From the sequence record NC_061449.1: 64,000 bases of DNA; one strand, 5' to 3'. A model generated the notes under the pieces. The model saw only the letters and a list, made by a program, of their open reading frames with translations, did not search any database and was not told the DNA's origin. The translations under genes were made by a program, and so were the position numbers. Shown in pieces: positions 1 to 9,474 of this stretch; position 1 is the first letter of the stretch, and each line of letters begins with the position of its first letter.

Positions 1-2
1 TC

Positions 3-1112
3 CTAGAGAATTTTGAAGCCTTTGAAAATGTTGTACGCAATCTCTTTGCGCTGTACAGGACGAGTGACGCACACCCATTCCCACTGATCGTTCTTCGCTG
101 TGCGTTTCTTCGGTGCCTCCATAACTTTCAGCACGTAGTTTTTGAAAGGCAGAACGAGAATGTCTTCTGGTTCAATCGCGCCGCTACGCGCTGGCAGCAC
201 GACCGTGATGTTGCCAACAGTCAGCTCCTGATCGTAGTTCAACACGTTTGCTTCTTCGCTGATGTTGCCCTTAACAGGAGGCACACCCAAGTCGAAGATC
301 ATTGTGATGTGCGTGAACGCCTCAATCCCTTTGACGCGAATCGTTACGTGCTTGCCTCGCCACGGCTCCAGATTCTTCGCTGTCAGTTCGACTTCAACGC
401 CGTTCACAAGCAGCATAGGACGTGGGAAAGCAGGTAACATACTTTCGTTTAGACGTACCGAATAAGTCGCCTGCGTAAAGTATTTTGGGATAAGCTGATC
501 AAAATCAGCGTAACCTTCTTTGCGAACTTGTCTGAACGTCGCAGGGCTGGTGGACTGATCGAGCGTATAGCCTGTCAGTTCCTTGATGTGATAGTGGGTA
601 GCAACGTTGTAGACGAAGCCTGTGCTAATGAAGCCGGGCACTACACCCTGACGGTAACAGATACCGCAGTTTGCAACGTTACCACCATCCCATTTAACGT
701 CGAACTCTTCACCGGCATCAACGCCCATAATGTCTGCTGCGTCCATGACCGCGTTCATACCGTCATCAATATCATCGAGGCTAACTGCTTGACGCCCACC
801 GCCAAACATTCCTTTTGATACTGTGCCGATTTTAACGCCGCCATTCATTGCGTCAGACTCACGGCCGAGAGATTTCACTCCGGCCGGTATGTTGTCCATG
901 ATATCGTTCTCAACCTTGTTGCAACTACAGGTGAGACCCATCTTTGCTTTCTTGAAGATAACGATATCGGTGGCATCTACCTGCAATGCCTGTTCGACTT
1001 TTGACTGTACTACCTTCTGGACGGAATCGAGGCGTCGTTGGACGCGTTCCGTTTCGTAGGTCTTGTGCCGGTCATAAGTATTTCGTGGTCTTCCACGTTC
1101 AATCCAGCTCAT
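3..1112 (-). CDS. hypothetical protein, 369 aa, with CxC and CxxC motifs
   Basis: Complete long ORF with a purine-rich RBS upstream; no family recognised. Confidence 0.8.
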   Translation of the reverse strand: MSWIERGRPRNTYDRHKTYETERVQRRLDSVQKVVQSKVEQALQVDATDIVIFKKAKMGLTCSCNKVENDIMDNIPAGVKSLGRESDAMNGGVKIGTVSKGMFGGGRQAVSLDDIDDGMNAVMDAADIMGVDAGEEFDVKWDGGNVANCGICYRQGVVPGFISTGFVYNVATHYHIKELTGYTLDQSTSPATFRQVRKEGYADFDQLIPKYFTQATYSVRLNESMLPAFPRPMLLVNGVEVELTAKNLEPWRGKHVTIRVKGIEAFTHITMIFDLGVPPVKGNISEEANVLNYDQELTVGNITVVLPARSGAIEPEDILVLPFKNYVLKVMEAPKKRTAKNDQWEWVCVTRPVQRKEIAYNIFKGFKIL

Positions 1113-1212
1113 AGAAGTTCTCCTCTGTGTGCTTGAAATTAGTGACTAAAAATTTAGGACCTTCGACCCGGCAAATACTTATTTAATCGTATGTTAAATC
1201 ACGGAGCCTAAC

Positions 1213-1761
1213 ATGCGTATTCTCTCAGGCGACCCGGGAAAGGTTAACTTCGCGTTGTCTGTTACTGAATTTACGGACAATCGCATTAACATACTCGGTA
1301 CGCGGATGTTTCAGCATCCAATCCAAAACCTTCATTACGATATGCGCGATCCTGTCAAAGAGTTCATGAAAGAACTTGAAGACATATGGAAGCGCTATGG
1401 ACCGTTTGATGCGATGTGCTTCGAGCGTTTTCAATCTCGTGGTTTAGGCGGTAACACCATTGAAGCAATCTCACTTATGCTTGGTGTGCTGTCCATGTTC
1501 GCGCTGAAAAAGAATTGCCCTATCAGTTTGATAACGGCAAGTCAGTGGAAGAACGCGTTTAACCGCACGATGAACCTCAAAGAGTATTACGCGCATTACA
1601 ACCTTACGTCCAAAAAGAGTCGCAAAGCGATTCATGAATTTGATGCAAGCCTTATCGGCATGTATACCTTCTATCGCCACACGAACCGGAAACCTTTCGT
1701 AGGCTTCAACAGAATTGTTGATGTATACGTTCCGAAGTTCTTGGCTGCACCTGTACTGTGA
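1213..1761 (+). CDS. ruvC: RuvC-like Holliday junction resolvase
   Basis: RNase H-fold catalytic pattern ILSGDPG...FERFQ...HEFDASLIG; GGAG RBS. Confidence 0.8.
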   Translation: MRILSGDPGKVNFALSVTEFTDNRINILGTRMFQHPIQNLHYDMRDPVKEFMKELEDIWKRYGPFDAMCFERFQSRGLGGNTIEAISLMLGVLSMFALKKNCPISLITASQWKNAFNRTMNLKEYYAHYNLTSKKSRKAIHEFDASLIGMYTFYRHTNRKPFVGFNRIVDVYVPKFLAAPVL

Positions 1762-1768
1762 GGCAAAC

Positions 1769-2134
1769 ATGGAACATGAACAACTGCTCGCTCTCGTTAA
1801 AGATGTAGTGTCCGAATTCGGTGAAGCAATCTACCTCGATCGTGGTCAAGTCGGACACAACAGCGAAAGCAACGCTACGCTGGAAACTCTGTTCAGCGTT
1901 AAGTCTGACGCTGCCGGTACTACGCTGGCGCAAGACCTTCGCGCTAAGATCGCAGAGCATCTGGAAAAGCTGAAAGCGGAAGGTATGACCCGCAACTACA
2001 ACGGCAACGCGCAACATCTGGTTCTTGTCACTGAGTCGCCTACGTTTACCTACCGTGACCCAATGGCAAACGAAATTCTCAACGGGGTTCTGTACTCATT
2101 CTCCATTGGTTACCCCTTAATTCTGGCCAATTAA
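1769..2134 (+). CDS. hypothetical protein, 121 aa
   Basis: GAGG RBS before ATG 1769 (track start 1715 overlaps the upstream gene). Confidence 0.75.
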   Translation: MEHEQLLALVKDVVSEFGEAIYLDRGQVGHNSESNATLETLFSVKSDAAGTTLAQDLRAKIAEHLEKLKAEGMTRNYNGNAQHLVLVTESPTFTYRDPMANEILNGVLYSFSIGYPLILAN

Positions 2135-2135
2135 T

Positions 2136-2144
2136 CTGTAAATA
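2136..2144 (+). promoter_or_regulatory. CTGTAAATA candidate phage-sigma promoter
   Basis: Recurrent motif, here 37 nt upstream of ATG 2181. Confidence 0.5.
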
Positions 2145-2180
2145 TCCTTACTTGGTTAATGTGGCTTGTGGGATATCGAA

Positions 2181-2873
2181 ATGGCGAAGTTGAAGAAAGA
2201 ACGAGAAGTCAAAGTTAAGGCTGCGAAGCCTAAAAAAGCTGCGACAAACAAAACAAAGAAAGCAAAAGCTAAAGCAGTTCCTATTCGTGTTGTGCAGGAC
2301 ATGCGCCCTATTATTCATTGTCCTGAAATGGAAGACAAGCCTCAACCGTTTCGTTTTCGTGGGCAGTGCCCAATCACAACATGTCAGTATTGCACACGCG
2401 AAACGCCTACCGGATGTATGGCGCTTGACCGTAAAGAAGCTGCTGACCGTTCAATCTCTAACAGGGAGATCGCTTATTACAAACGTGGCCTCTTCCCGGA
2501 ACTCAAGGAGATGGATCAAAAGCAGTTGGACAACACGATTCGACGCGCACAAAATCGTACCCGTACTGCTATCTGTCTTACTATGTTTATTGCCGGGATT
2601 GATGATTCTGATTGCGATAGAACTTTTGTCTACGTAGAAGGTCGCAGTCGCATCGTCGATCAAGTACACAACTATCTGGTGCAGACGTTCAATGATTACC
2701 GTCCGTGGATGCTGGCGTACCTCGACGACGAAGAACGATTTGCTAAGATGGTGGGCAAGATAACCAATTCCGACTTTAATTTGGGTATGGCACTGCGCTT
2801 GACGCCTCGTAAATATCAGACGTTCTGCCAGTCGCTGCAAAACCTTAAACAATCTGGAGACTCAAATGAGTGA
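2181..2873 (+). CDS. hypothetical protein with Lys-rich N-terminus and Cys cluster (CPITTCQYC...C)
   Basis: Long ORF; possible Zn-binding; start 2166 or 2181. Confidence 0.75.
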   Translation: MAKLKKEREVKVKAAKPKKAATNKTKKAKAKAVPIRVVQDMRPIIHCPEMEDKPQPFRFRGQCPITTCQYCTRETPTGCMALDRKEAADRSISNREIAYYKRGLFPELKEMDQKQLDNTIRRAQNRTRTAICLTMFIAGIDDSDCDRTFVYVEGRSRIVDQVHNYLVQTFNDYRPWMLAYLDDEERFAKMVGKITNSDFNLGMALRLTPRKYQTFCQSLQNLKQSGDSNE

Positions 2874-4635
2874 AATCTTCTCTCTCGATCAGTATCGCGC
2901 GATGATTAAGCGCAACATCCTGAGCGAGCCTCAGATGCTGGTGAAGAACCAAACCCAACCGCTGGGTCAAATCTCTTTCCAGTGTCCTGGTGACAACTTC
3001 AAAATGAAGGACGTCATCATCCCTGCTACGCGCAACGCTGTTGACCTGACTCAGCAAGCGCCGCTGGAAAACCTGCTGGCGTGTAGCCAACTGAAATCGC
3101 TTATCCAGTTGCAGCGCGTTGTGCTGCTGAACCCAGACGATATGCCACAACCGGGCGAAGGTATTCCTCAGCCTTCTCTGTCTCAACCGCCTGTCGCTGG
3201 TGCGCTGTCTGTTGACGGTACAACTATTCCGAACGCGACTGTGATCGTTGAGCAGAACGGTAACGTCTGGACCGGCACTTCAAATGGCGCTGGCGTGTTC
3301 ACTGTTGACGTGTCTGGTCTGGAACAGGGTGCGTTCTCAATCACTGTCACTGCTGACGGTTTCACTCCTGCTCGTTATAACTACGAAGCCGGTGAACAAC
3401 CACTGCAACCAATGCCTGAGCCTACCGTACATGCTGTCTTCAATGAGACAACTGTTTCCGGTACGACTGTTGCGAATGCTAATATCGTTGTAACAGTAGC
3501 GAGTAAAGCATTCACTGGTCAGGCTGACAACGCTGGTGCGTTCTCTATCAACGTTGACCCGCTGCCGTTTGGAACAATCCATCTGGCATTCGACGCGCCT
3601 GGCTACCTGATCAAACAGATCGATGTTGTTACCGATAGCGTTCCGGGCATTGCGCAGATTAACAGCGCAGCGTTCCTGTCCACAGCACTGGCAGGTAAAG
3701 CAAACCCTAACGGCGAAGTCGAAATCCTGATCGATGGACAGTCTAACCAGTTCGTCACTGCTGATGCGCAGGGTAACTGGACTGCGACTGTCGGCGCTAT
3801 CAAAGGCGCTGTATCTATTCGTGCTGTTGAGATTGACGGTTACGATGAAGCAACTGCAACAATGCAGCCGACTAAACTCCAGTTCGGCGCTATCGCAGTT
3901 GACGATGCAGATGCGTTCGGTGAGAATCGTACCACGGTAACTGGTACTATCGCCGGTCTGAATGCCGAAGCGAACGACATTGCTGTGACTGTGACTGTTC
4001 AGGCGGGTCTGTACGAAGGTACAGTCGATCTGGGTGCAGGTACTTTCAACATCACTGGTGTTGATGCGAAAGCAGGTGTTGGCGCTACTGGCGTTGTCAA
4101 TGTTACCTCTGCGTTCTACGAAGACGGTAGCACGTCGTTCACGATTCTGGAAGAGTTCACTGCACCTACTCTTGAGCAGGCTGTTGATGGGCAGACTTCT
4201 GTTATCGGTAATACCGCTGCAAGCACCACAGTTAAAGTCACCATGAACGGTGAAACTAAAACTGCGTCTTCAAACGCGCAGGGTGCATTCAGCGTTTCAG
4301 GCTTCACGAATGTTGTTCCGGGTCCAGTTACTATCGAACTGTCTCGCGCTCAATATCTGACAGCCTCCTTCGAAGTGAATCAGACTGTACAGGCTCGTGG
4401 TGAGCTTGATGCAGATCTGAAAGCGGGTGAAGATACTGCTACAGGTTTAGCAACCCCAGGTTCCACTGTGACTCTGACTCAGGGTAGTGTTACCGGTGAT
4501 GCTGTAGCAGACGCGAGCACTGGCGAGTTCATTATTACTCTGTCCGGTGCTCTGGTCGAGGGGCAGGCCACGCTGACTGTTAAACATGCGGGCTATGTTG
4601 ACTTTACTGACACTTTGGCTGTCGCTACAGCTTAA
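2866..4635 (+). CDS. Ig-like (Big-type) repeat protein, probable virion decoration or adhesin, 589 aa
   Basis: About six Thr/Gly/Val-rich beta repeats of the type VSGTTxxNAxVxV...GxFxVxV; N-terminal domain shared with the next gene. Confidence 0.7.
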   Translation: MSEIFSLDQYRAMIKRNILSEPQMLVKNQTQPLGQISFQCPGDNFKMKDVIIPATRNAVDLTQQAPLENLLACSQLKSLIQLQRVVLLNPDDMPQPGEGIPQPSLSQPPVAGALSVDGTTIPNATVIVEQNGNVWTGTSNGAGVFTVDVSGLEQGAFSITVTADGFTPARYNYEAGEQPLQPMPEPTVHAVFNETTVSGTTVANANIVVTVASKAFTGQADNAGAFSINVDPLPFGTIHLAFDAPGYLIKQIDVVTDSVPGIAQINSAAFLSTALAGKANPNGEVEILIDGQSNQFVTADAQGNWTATVGAIKGAVSIRAVEIDGYDEATATMQPTKLQFGAIAVDDADAFGENRTTVTGTIAGLNAEANDIAVTVTVQAGLYEGTVDLGAGTFNITGVDAKAGVGATGVVNVTSAFYEDGSTSFTILEEFTAPTLEQAVDGQTSVIGNTAASTTVKVTMNGETKTASSNAQGAFSVSGFTNVVPGPVTIELSRAQYLTASFEVNQTVQARGELDADLKAGEDTATGLATPGSTVTLTQGSVTGDAVADASTGEFIITLSGALVEGQATLTVKHAGYVDFTDTLAVATA

Positions 4636-4643
4636 TCCTTTGA

Positions 4644-4661
4644 TAGGGGCTTCGGCCCCTA
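4644..4661 (+). other. UUCG-tetraloop hairpin without U-tract
   Basis: TAGGGGC-TTCG-GCCCCTA between two co-oriented genes. Confidence 0.6.
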
Positions 4662-4688
4662 AACTGAACTGAAATTCGGAGAACTACC

Positions 4689-5354
4689 ATGAGCGTTAAA
4701 AAGAGCAACACCACTGTTAAGCCTATCACTCTCGCAACCTACAACGAACGTTACGGTGACGATATCGTAGCGCCTATGTATGTCGCTAACCGTACTGAAC
4801 CTCGCGGCAACGTGGCATTCAGTGCGAAAGACGATCTGGGCCAGCCTGTTGCAGTTGTTGTACCGGCAACCTTTATCCCTGTCGATCTGACTCAGCAAGC
4901 AACTAAAGCGAGCCTGTTGCAGTCTACTCACCTGCGTCGCGCACTGCGTATGAACCAGCTGGTGATCATCGACACTAAGAGCGCGGAAGAATATCTGCGT
5001 ACCAGTGCTTTGGCACAAGCCGAGATGCGTAACCTGAACAAGATGAACGCGTCTATCTCTGCTGACCTGAACGAATACGAAGATGGTGAGCTGGCTGAAA
5101 TCGATCTGGGCGGCGGTACTCGCAAGAAAGAGATTCACTTCGAAGGCGCAGAACAGCTTTCTGAAAACCAGTTCGTTAACGCATTCATTCTGCGAGCTGC
5201 TTCTGACAGCGAAGAATCTGACGACAACCTCGTTCGTGAGTTCCTGTCTCGCGGTCTGAACCTGCCTGTATCTGAACTGAAAATCCTGCGCGAGCATATC
5301 ACTCGTCCTGCAATCGTTGACCTGATCGTTCAGGCGCTCGACGACGCAGAATAA
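4689..5354 (+). CDS. hypothetical protein, 221 aa; N-terminal domain paralogous to the Ig-repeat protein
   Basis: Shared NxTxPxGxxxF...VxxPAT..VDLTQQA...L motif; GGAG RBS. Confidence 0.8.
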   Translation: MSVKKSNTTVKPITLATYNERYGDDIVAPMYVANRTEPRGNVAFSAKDDLGQPVAVVVPATFIPVDLTQQATKASLLQSTHLRRALRMNQLVIIDTKSAEEYLRTSALAQAEMRNLNKMNASISADLNEYEDGELAEIDLGGGTRKKEIHFEGAEQLSENQFVNAFILRAASDSEESDDNLVREFLSRGLNLPVSELKILREHITRPAIVDLIVQALDDAE

Positions 5355-5366
5355 AAGTCTACAGAC

Positions 5367-5409
5367 AAAAAAAAATGGGAGGCCCCGAAAGGAGTCTCCC
5401 ATTTTTATT
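5367..5409. terminator. bidirectional intrinsic terminator
   Basis: A9-TGGGAGGC..GAAA..GTCTCCCA-TTTTTATT between convergent genes. Confidence 0.85.
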
Positions 5410-5578
5410 ACTGCGCTTGTTGTCGTAGACGATCAAGAAATGCTGATGATTCGCCTGGCTTAATCAATCGAGGCTCAACTTTGATGCGATTGATCATGCG
5501 CTGCATACGACGAATACTTCGGCTACGTAAATCTTCAATCGAGTGTTGCTTAAACTGCTTTCTGAACTTCAACGCCAT
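5408..5578 (-). CDS. small basic hypothetical protein, 56 aa
   Basis: AAAGGA RBS before MALKFRK; directly downstream of the primase. Confidence 0.6.
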   Translation of the reverse strand: MALKFRKQFKQHSIEDLRSRSIRRMQRMINRIKVEPRLIKPGESSAFLDRLRQQAQ

Positions 5579-5579
5579 G

Positions 5580-6638
5580 TTATTTCCTTTTGCTTTCAAT
5601 TGCTTTCGGACGATTCCAACCTAACGCTTTCGCTGGCATGATACACTTCTTACCATGAATGTCACGTAACGTCATGCGAACTTCTTTGATCAATTTGAAT
5701 GGTGCGTTATCAGGGTCGAGCTTAATCAGCTTGCCGTCTTCATCAAACTCACGAGGTAACTTGAAGTGCTTGACCGGTACTGGAGAGTTGCGCTCAAACT
5801 CCTCTTTGATTTTTGTACGCAACAACTTCCCACCACCATCGTTATCTGTCATCGTGTAGACAACGCTCACGCCAAGCATCTCAATTGTTCTTCGTTTCGT
5901 TTCACCGAACTGCTCTGCACCAAGCACTGCCAATGCTGGTATGCCATACGATAAAAGAGCGAGCGCATCACGAGGTCCTTCGACCAGAACAACATAGCGC
6001 AGCTTGTATTTCTTCAAACACTCTTTCACTAGCGGTAGAGGGAACAGACCTTTATCTTTCGCCCAATCGCCTTGCGAGTTCACATAGCTGGTGCCGTTCA
6101 TTTGCTTACGCAGATACGCAGCGATACCGCCTATGTATTTCGTACCATGCTTACATGGGAAGAAGCAAACGTTAGTACCTGTGTGCTGTGCATTGAGCAG
6201 ACCACCAGCAGCACGAACAAGCGCTCCCGGATATCCACGCCACTCAACATCAAGTGGCCACTCCATGTATGACTTACGTCCGAGCGCTTTCATCAACAGA
6301 CCGACAGAAGGGTAAGTACCAATCTTCGAACCAATCTGCTCATACGTTTTAAGCAACGCACTAAGAGAGTTTGTGCCAGCATCTTTCAACGCCCAGCCTT
6401 TAATCTCTTGCAGTCGAGCGTGTGCCGCTAATTTGTTCCAGCCACCCTTCTCCCCGCAGCCGAAACAGTGAAAGAATCCTAGCGGAATCTCCATCCCTAC
6501 AGAAGTGTAAATACCACAACTAGGAGTCTTATCGCTGTGGAAAGGACAGCACACCATAACAGTGTCGCCGTTATATTTCTTGTCGCCCGGCAATTTGCCG
6601 ATCTCGTCAAGTATTATCTGATGGACATCTTCTGCCAT
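5580..6638 (-). CDS. dnaG: DnaG-like DNA primase
   Basis: CHC2 zinc finger CCPFHSDKTPSC...FHCFGC; TOPRIM motifs LVEGPRDALAL and MTDND. Confidence 0.9.
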   Translation of the reverse strand: MAEDVHQIILDEIGKLPGDKKYNGDTVMVCCPFHSDKTPSCGIYTSVGMEIPLGFFHCFGCGEKGGWNKLAAHARLQEIKGWALKDAGTNSLSALLKTYEQIGSKIGTYPSVGLLMKALGRKSYMEWPLDVEWRGYPGALVRAAGGLLNAQHTGTNVCFFPCKHGTKYIGGIAAYLRKQMNGTSYVNSQGDWAKDKGLFPLPLVKECLKKYKLRYVVLVEGPRDALALLSYGIPALAVLGAEQFGETKRRTIEMLGVSVVYTMTDNDGGGKLLRTKIKEEFERNSPVPVKHFKLPREFDEDGKLIKLDPDNAPFKLIKEVRMTLRDIHGKKCIMPAKALGWNRPKAIESKRK

Positions 6639-6677
6639 ACCATCCTCAACTGATTTCGTAATTTACGCATATAAGCA

Positions 6678-6686
6678 TATTTACAG
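6678..6686 (-). promoter_or_regulatory. CTGTAAATA candidate phage-sigma promoter for the primase
   Basis: Reverse-strand copy 40 nt upstream of the primase start. Confidence 0.5.
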
Positions 6687-6702
6687 AAAAAGGACTATAA
6701 GA

Positions 6703-7038
6703 ATGGGTAATCCACATCGCTACGTGCATAGTGCTGTGCGGCGCTTCTATGATAAGCACTGGTTACAGTTATGCGACCTGATAAAAGTCGAGCCTCAGAC
6801 TTTAGGTGCGTTCAACACTCAGGGTGATATGATTGGTTTGTCACTCCCTGTTGATACAGACATTGAGGCAATGACCAAGAGTCTTCGCCTGATGTACGCT
6901 ACTAACGAAGAGGGTGTAGAAGTACGTTGCTACCTGTTTGGTACTCGCTACTACAAGTTCGTATTTTTTAAAGGCATGATTGCCGTAAGCGAGGATGACA
7001 ATGAGAACGTTCGCAAACGTACCAGCGCGAGTCAATGA
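6703..7038 (+). CDS. hypothetical protein, 111 aa
   Basis: AGGA RBS; complete ORF. Confidence 0.7.
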   Translation: MGNPHRYVHSAVRRFYDKHWLQLCDLIKVEPQTLGAFNTQGDMIGLSLPVDTDIEAMTKSLRLMYATNEEGVEVRCYLFGTRYYKFVFFKGMIAVSEDDNENVRKRTSASQ

Positions 7039-8086
7039 TACCCGCGCACTGTCACGCATCGGCAAAATGATCGATGCTGCCCTTGACGTAAAGAATCAAG
7101 AGAAGCGCTGGCCAAAGAAACGTGTCAGCCCTTCGATGTTTCCTATCTGCGCGATACAAGAAACAGCCAAACTGATTTACCAGAAGCACAACAACGCAAT
7201 GACTGGAGAGTCAGGAACGTTGTTGAACATCTTTGCGAAAGCAGGGACAGGGATGCACGAATCGTTGCAGAATGCTCTGGGTCACAGTGGTCAGATGGTA
7301 GGTCACTGGAAGTGTACGAATGACAAATGCCCTGAACATGCCAAGACTAAAGGTAAGATGGTCGATGGCAAGTATAAGAAGGGAAAGTACACGCGAACAC
7401 GAAGTACAAACAACCGTTGTCCAACGTGTGATAAACCTATGGCTTATGCAGAACTCAAAGTCCTGTACAAGTCACTCAAAGGTTACGTTGACGGTCTGAT
7501 TGATAATCTTGACGGCACGTACAGCCTGATCGATTTGAAATCGACTATGGTAAGCAAAGCTGCTGACGGGACTTTCTTCGTTAAGTACCATCGCTTCCAG
7601 ATTGCAACATACGCATACCTGCTGAAAAAACGTTACGGCTACAACATCGTGGACTATACCTTAGTTTACGTGCCCCGCGACAACCCGAAGAAGTTTGTCG
7701 AGAAGACCTTTGTGTTTGACGAGGCAGAGTCGAAACGAGCCAAAGACTTCATGATGGAACAAATACGCGCATGGGATGCTGCGGTAAAATCGGCGCGCAC
7801 TGGCGATCTGCTGCCAGCTCTAAAACGTAAGCCGTGCAAGAGCGCTGAGTATTATTGGGACGAGTTCCACGGATATGATACATGTCCTTTTGTTGACTAT
7901 TGCTTTATTCAATCACACATGATTGACTTCATGAAGAAGTTGGAGCAGCGAATCATGGCCAACCCCGACCTGACTTATATGGAAATCGTAAGCACAGGGC
8001 GGAAAACTCAACAACAAGGTCTGCTGCCGGACAAGAAGCAGAAGTCTCAACGTCCGAAGCATATCGTAAAAACATTTGAGCTATGA
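7001..8086 (+). CDS. Cas4-like PD-(D/E)XK exonuclease
   Basis: SPSMFPIC...YAEL...GYVDGL...LIDLKS...FQIATY and C-terminal PC..C..C (split Fe-S ligand pattern); extra CxxxxC/CxxC insert; start uncertain (6995/7001/7067). Confidence 0.75.
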   Translation: MRTFANVPARVNDTRALSRIGKMIDAALDVKNQEKRWPKKRVSPSMFPICAIQETAKLIYQKHNNAMTGESGTLLNIFAKAGTGMHESLQNALGHSGQMVGHWKCTNDKCPEHAKTKGKMVDGKYKKGKYTRTRSTNNRCPTCDKPMAYAELKVLYKSLKGYVDGLIDNLDGTYSLIDLKSTMVSKAADGTFFVKYHRFQIATYAYLLKKRYGYNIVDYTLVYVPRDNPKKFVEKTFVFDEAESKRAKDFMMEQIRAWDAAVKSARTGDLLPALKRKPCKSAEYYWDEFHGYDTCPFVDYCFIQSHMIDFMKKLEQRIMANPDLTYMEIVSTGRKTQQQGLLPDKKQKSQRPKHIVKTFEL

Positions 8087-8493
8087 GTATACAAAAAGAT
8101 TATGAACGATCACTGCGCCGACTTAAGGGGTCTGTCCATCGCACTGAGCAGCTAGGTTATATTGTGCCTCGCTGCGTTGACGTCGTTCTCTCTAAGGTGA
8201 AACCGCCTGATCAGGTTGTGTCGAGAAAGTATCTGGTGATGCTGTTGCTGTTCAGTCAATCCAGTGAGAATCTCCGTGCGGCCTTGACCATGAGAGAACA
8301 ATTGGTTGTCAAGATGGCTCTACTCAGTCGCAAGCACCCGACGCCAGAGATTCAACGTCGCATTAGACGTCTGGAGGAACTGGTCAATAATCAAGACAGG
8401 AATATCGAAAGCCAGTTGATGTTGCTCGAATACAGAGCAAACATTCTGATTGATATTCTCGACGGTAAAGAACCCAACTCACGATACACTTGA
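8083..8493 (+). CDS. hypothetical helical protein, 136 aa
   Basis: ATGA overlap with the upstream stop. Confidence 0.7.
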   Translation: MSIQKDYERSLRRLKGSVHRTEQLGYIVPRCVDVVLSKVKPPDQVVSRKYLVMLLLFSQSSENLRAALTMREQLVVKMALLSRKHPTPEIQRRIRRLEELVNNQDRNIESQLMLLEYRANILIDILDGKEPNSRYT

Positions 8494-8501
8494 GGTGTAA
8501 C

Positions 8502-8978
8502 ATGGAAATTTATGTAAGCCTGAGCCAAGACTCTACAGACAAGAACCGCAACAAGGTATCGAGTCCAGAGTCGAACACCGGGCGCGTTGACGTGTCTGAT
8601 TACGCAAGTCTCGAAAAGAAACTGCGTCTGACAGAAGAAGCGAAAGACAAAGAGAAACTGGCTCAGAAAGCTGGTGGCGGGGATTCTGTAAAGGGTAAGA
8701 AAGGCGCCAAGAAGAAAGGCGAGAACAAACCCGAAGAAGACGATACTGACATTGATACCGACACTGATTCAGATGGAGGCGATGATGATACAGATGACTC
8801 TTCCAATGATTCTGGAGACGACTCCGATGGAGACTCTAAAGCTAAGAAAGGTGGAAAGAAATCTGACAAGTCTGGAGATGCGGACGACGAAGACGCAGAA
8901 GACCCTGACGCAGACGAACCCGAAAGTGATGACGGGGATGCAGATGCTGAAAGCGTTGATGACGAGGACATCGAATAG
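8502..8978 (+). CDS. low-complexity Lys/Asp-rich protein starting MEIYVSLS
   Basis: GAGGTG RBS; acidic disordered C-terminal half. Confidence 0.75.
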   Translation: MEIYVSLSQDSTDKNRNKVSSPESNTGRVDVSDYASLEKKLRLTEEAKDKEKLAQKAGGGDSVKGKKGAKKKGENKPEEDDTDIDTDTDSDGGDDDTDDSSNDSGDDSDGDSKAKKGGKKSDKSGDADDEDAEDPDADEPESDDGDADAESVDDEDIE

Positions 8979-9012
8979 CGAACCAGTCGATGTGCCGAAG
9001 ACGCATGATGCG

Positions 9013-9474
9013 ATGATTGAAATTCTGATCGCTATTCGCTACATGTGCACCAAGCGAATGATCTATCCTGTAGTTGCTGCGACCATAGAACGGCGTAACG
9101 ATTTTCTGGTGATGAACAAGCTGACTTTCCAGATGAAGCCGAGTATGTTCTACAGCGCTATTCAGGATAGTAACTGCAAGGTGAATGTGTGTTGGCTTAT
9201 GCGAGCCTTCACGCGCACAGCGCTTCATTTCGATTTGCTGCCTGTCATTGCAGATAGAAGCGGTGACTTCCAGCCACTGGTGAGTCGCTTCTTCACTCAG
9301 GATGATCCTGACTTTGCGTATCGACGTTTCTATGACGTGCGTAAGCTGCCGCCAGTAACAGACATTCGCAAGCCCCGCCTGTATACGCTTAACGGAGTTG
9401 ATTATGGCGTACAAGTCATTAGCCAAGAAACCGAAGAAGTCCAAAGCTGCGAAAGAAGCAGATACTCGGAATAA
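9013..9474 (+). CDS. hypothetical protein
   Basis: Open frame 8752-9474; the part before about 8990 overlaps the previous gene, so the start is uncertain. Confidence 0.6.
   Translation: MIEILIAIRYMCTKRMIYPVVAATIERRNDFLVMNKLTFQMKPSMFYSAIQDSNCKVNVCWLMRAFTRTALHFDLLPVIADRSGDFQPLVSRFFTQDDPDFAYRRFYDVRKLPPVTDIRKPRLYTLNGVDYGVQVISQETEEVQSCERSRYSE

Noticed and set aside
6995-8086. Cas4-like gene as evidence of a CRISPR-Cas locus
   Set aside because: No cas1/cas2, effector genes or array in the window.
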